From the NCBI GenBank assembly GCA_963793425.1, contig CAWCAG010000009.1, positions 96,001-160,000 on the forward strand: a stretch of DNA of 64,000 bases, written 5' to 3'. This document shows positions 61,455 through 64,000 of the stretch, piece after piece; the first letter of the stretch is position 1, and each line of letters opens with the position of its first letter. The notes under the pieces were generated by a model. The model was not told the DNA's origin. It ran no database searches and saw only the letters and a program-made list of their open reading frames with translations. Made by a program: the position numbers and the translations under genes. Source of the DNA: an uncultured cyanobacterium (GTDB taxonomy: Bacteria > Cyanobacteriota > Cyanobacteriia > Cyanobacteriales > CAWCAG01).

Positions 61455-63369
61455 AACAACCATGGTGGCATTAAAGAAATGGCAGTGGATTTTACTAATC
61501 AGTCCTATCGCTGTGTTGGTAAGCTTCTTACTCATCTCAGCGGGATGGCAAATTCACCAATGGGGTATTAATTGGATTTGGGGGCTATTTATCCTCATCT
61601 TGGCTGGGTGGCGTTGGTTATTGGTTAAATGGACTCGCCCTGCTGCTATGGAAATTGAGACTGCTGTAGCCGAAGCGAAGACAGAATTAGCCACCGCCCA
61701 AGCAGAAACAGCAACCCTGTTGGCTACAGATGATGATGTTAGCAAAACTGTCGAAAGTGCCTTACAAACTACCTTGGAATCTGCCAGGAATGACTTACCC
61801 ATTTGGGAAGATTGGAATACATTTTGGCAACGCTGTCAAGATTTAATTGTGGCTGTTGCCCATGCTTACCATCCGGAAGTTAAATATCCTCTACTCAACA
61901 TCTACATTCCTCAAGCTTATGGATTAATGCGAGGAACAGTAGACGATATGGATCGTTGGATGCAACAACTCTCTCCAGCCTTAAATAAAGTTACTGTCGG
62001 ACAAGGCTTTGAAGCCTATGAAGTTTACCGTAAACTAGAACCATCGGCCCGCAAACTTTGGCGAGTTTTGGGTTTTGCCCAATGGTTTTTAAACCCTGCC
62101 GCAGCTTTAGCAAAACAAGCTAGTCGGGGTTACAATAACCGCGCTACAGAACAGCTTTTAGGGAATTTGGGGCAGATGTTACGGGAAGCAGCCCTACGCA
62201 ACCTCTGCAAGCAATCAGCTTCTCTTTATGGGGGTGATTCCTTACCAGAATCAGCTTTCCATCTTTCTACCCCCAGTTTGCCCAAAGCCCAAACTCAAAC
62301 CCTCCAAAATATTTTAGCCACCGCAGAACCAACAGAAGTTATAGAGCAAAAACCTGTTAACATTTTGCTGGTGGGTAGGACGGGTTCAGGTAAAAGCAGC
62401 CTCATTAATACCCTCTTTCAAGCGGAAAAAGCAGAAGTGGATGTTCTCCCTAGTACCGATAGATTGCAGAGTTACCATTGGCAACTTCCTGAAGGAGAAA
62501 CCCTTACCCTTTGGGATACTCCAGGATATGAACAGGCAAACCATGCTGATTTAAAGGAGTTAGTGTTAGATTATGCCACCAATGCTGATTTTTTACTACT
62601 GGTTACTCCTGCCCTAGATCCTGCCTTACAAATGGATGCAGACTTCTTAGAAGAGGTTGCCGGCGAAGCAACAGACCTCCCCACTATTGTTGTCGTCACT
62701 CAAGTAGATAGGTTGCGCCCCATTCGTGAATGGCAGCCTCCTTATGACTGGCAAAATGGTAACAGTGCCAAAGAAACATCGATCCGAGAAGCAACAAAGT
62801 ACCGGGCTGAACTTTTAGGAGAGTTTGGCAACCTAATTATTCCTACAGTCACTAGGGATGTTGAAACAGGGCGCAATCCTTGGAATGTTGAAGAATTGTC
62901 CCTCGCTTTAGTAGAAGGAATCGCCCCTGCCAAACAACTACGCTTAGCCCGTTTTTTGCGCGATCGCGAAGCCCGTAGCCTTGCCGCAGCGAAAATAATT
63001 GACCGCTACACATTACAAATGGCTACAACTCAAGGACTTACTGCTTTACTAAAAAGTCCTGTTCTACAATTTATCTCTACTGTGTCTACCGGATCACCAA
63101 CTTTAGCCTATGTACTCTCCCAGAAAATTCCGGTGGAACAGTTACCAGTGGTTATTGGCAAGTTGCAAATGGGTTATGAACTACATTCTCTTTTAGATCC
63201 AGATAAATCCTTTGATTTACTTTCCCTTTGGCCTTTGTTGTTAGAAAATTCCTCTACTCCAGATCGCAATGCCTGGGCTTTTGGTCATAGTTTAGTGGAG
63301 TACTGGACTCAAAATCTAACTAAGGAACAATTGTCAGAAAGATTTGACAGCTATTTGCAGAAAATTTAA
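61444..63369 (+). CDS. Membrane-anchored Era/YcjF-like P-loop GTPase
   Basis: Two N-terminal TMs; [17 protein letters not shown]. Confidence 0.85.
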   Translation: MINETTMVALKKWQWILLISPIAVLVSFLLISAGWQIHQWGINWIWGLFILILAGWRWLLVKWTRPAAMEIETAVAEAKTELATAQAETATLLATDDDVSKTVESALQTTLESARNDLPIWEDWNTFWQRCQDLIVAVAHAYHPEVKYPLLNIYIPQAYGLMRGTVDDMDRWMQQLSPALNKVTVGQGFEAYEVYRKLEPSARKLWRVLGFAQWFLNPAAALAKQASRGYNNRATEQLLGNLGQMLREAALRNLCKQSASLYGGDSLPESAFHLSTPSLPKAQTQTLQNILATAEPTEVIEQKPVNILLVGRTGSGKSSLINTLFQAEKAEVDVLPSTDRLQSYHWQLPEGETLTLWDTPGYEQANHADLKELVLDYATNADFLLLVTPALDPALQMDADFLEEVAGEATDLPTIVVVTQVDRLRPIREWQPPYDWQNGNSAKETSIREATKYRAELLGEFGNLIIPTVTRDVETGRNPWNVEELSLALVEGIAPAKQLRLARFLRDREARSLAAAKIIDRYTLQMATTQGLTALLKSPVLQFISTVSTGSPTLAYVLSQKIPVEQLPVVIGKLQMGYELHSLLDPDKSFDLLSLWPLLLENSSTPDRNAWAFGHSLVEYWTQNLTKEQLSERFDSYLQKI

Positions 63370-63427
63370 CTTTAGCTTATTAAATAATAAGTTAAAGTTT
63401 AACTACATAAATATTAAGTTAAAAATT

Positions 63428-63733
63428 ATGATTCCAGGTGAGATGATTGTTCAAGAAGGAGAAATTGAATTAAATGTAGGTCGTCCTACCTTGAAAATTC
63501 GGGTGGGAAATACAGGCGATCGCCCGATTCAAGTTGGTTCTCATTTTCATTTTTATGAGGTTAATTCTGCCCTCAATTTTGAGAGAGAAACAACTAAAGG
63601 AATGCGTTTAAATATACCCGCTGGTACAGCAGTAAGGTTTGAACCGGGGGATGAAAAAGAAGTAGAATTAGTGGCTTTTGCTGGTAGCCGGGAAGTTTAT
63701 GGTTTGAATGGTTTAGTCAATGGAAAACTTTAG
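63428..63733 (+). CDS. ureB: Urease subunit beta
   Basis: [37 protein letters not shown]. Confidence 0.96.
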   Translation: MIPGEMIVQEGEIELNVGRPTLKIRVGNTGDRPIQVGSHFHFYEVNSALNFERETTKGMRLNIPAGTAVRFEPGDEKEVELVAFAGSREVYGLNGLVNGKL

Positions 63734-63850
63734 TAATTCTTGGTTTAGTTATCTATAGCATAGACTTTGGTTTTTGCTAATGGCTAGTGGAAGATATGGA
63801 AATAGACTAAATGTACCTCCGCAGCTTGAGAATTGCCATATAATCAATTA

Positions 63851-64000
63851 TCAATTGATAAACATCATTGCTGCTAGTTGATTTAACTTAGCTACTTGGG
63901 CTACTTTGTTTTGCCATTCTTCTTGGACTCTTTTACGATTAGCTAATTCTTTGAATTCTGGCCAAACCTGAATGCGTATTTCTTCGTCGCTTAAAAAGTC
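63851..64000 (-). CDS. 3' end of an unidentified gene entering from beyond the window
   Basis: Open frame DFLSDEEIRIQVWPEF...MMFIN* ending in TGA at 63851. Confidence 0.45.
   Translation of the reverse strand, partial: DFLSDEEIRIQVWPEFKELANRKRVQEEWQNKVAQVAKLNQLAAMMFIN

Noticed and set aside
63344..63427. N-terminal extension of UreB in the ORF track
   Set aside because: AT-rich intergenic sequence; the family-typical start MIPGE is at 63428.
63428..63733. Isolated ureB as an anomaly
   Set aside because: Urease genes are often dispersed in cyanobacteria, and the other subunits may lie outside the window.

Overview
Chromosomal window from an AT-rich cyanobacterium, judged from roughly two dozen HIP1 GCGATCGC octamers seen by eye, psb35, the panC-cmk fusion, Uma2 genes and a CyaB-type cyclase. 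Housekeeping genes dominate: glgB, ilvB, ndh-2, tRNA-Cys, purM, rlpA, panC/cmk, tig-clpP-clpX, asd-dapA-rnj, frameshifted prfB, cysC, alaS and ureB. Also present are a TrkA/two-component block, a putative general-stress cluster (about 5-12.6 kb) and three glycosyltransferases. The main accessory element is a compact CBASS anti-phage locus at 24.1-26.5 kb: a patatin phospholipase followed by a CD-NTase fused to an AGS-C domain, with a co-oriented CX5R phosphatase downstream. Other observations: a hypothetical protein with kinase-like motifs but no catalytic Asp; two genes broken by large internal deletions (TPR-CHAT and an S9 peptidase); a 43-aa lipoprotein absent from the ORF track; a 23-nt element splitting a HIP1 site; dispersed GTAG REP-like palindromes; and an Rpn nuclease abutting alaS. 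All family calls come from motif recognition by eye; no database searches were run.
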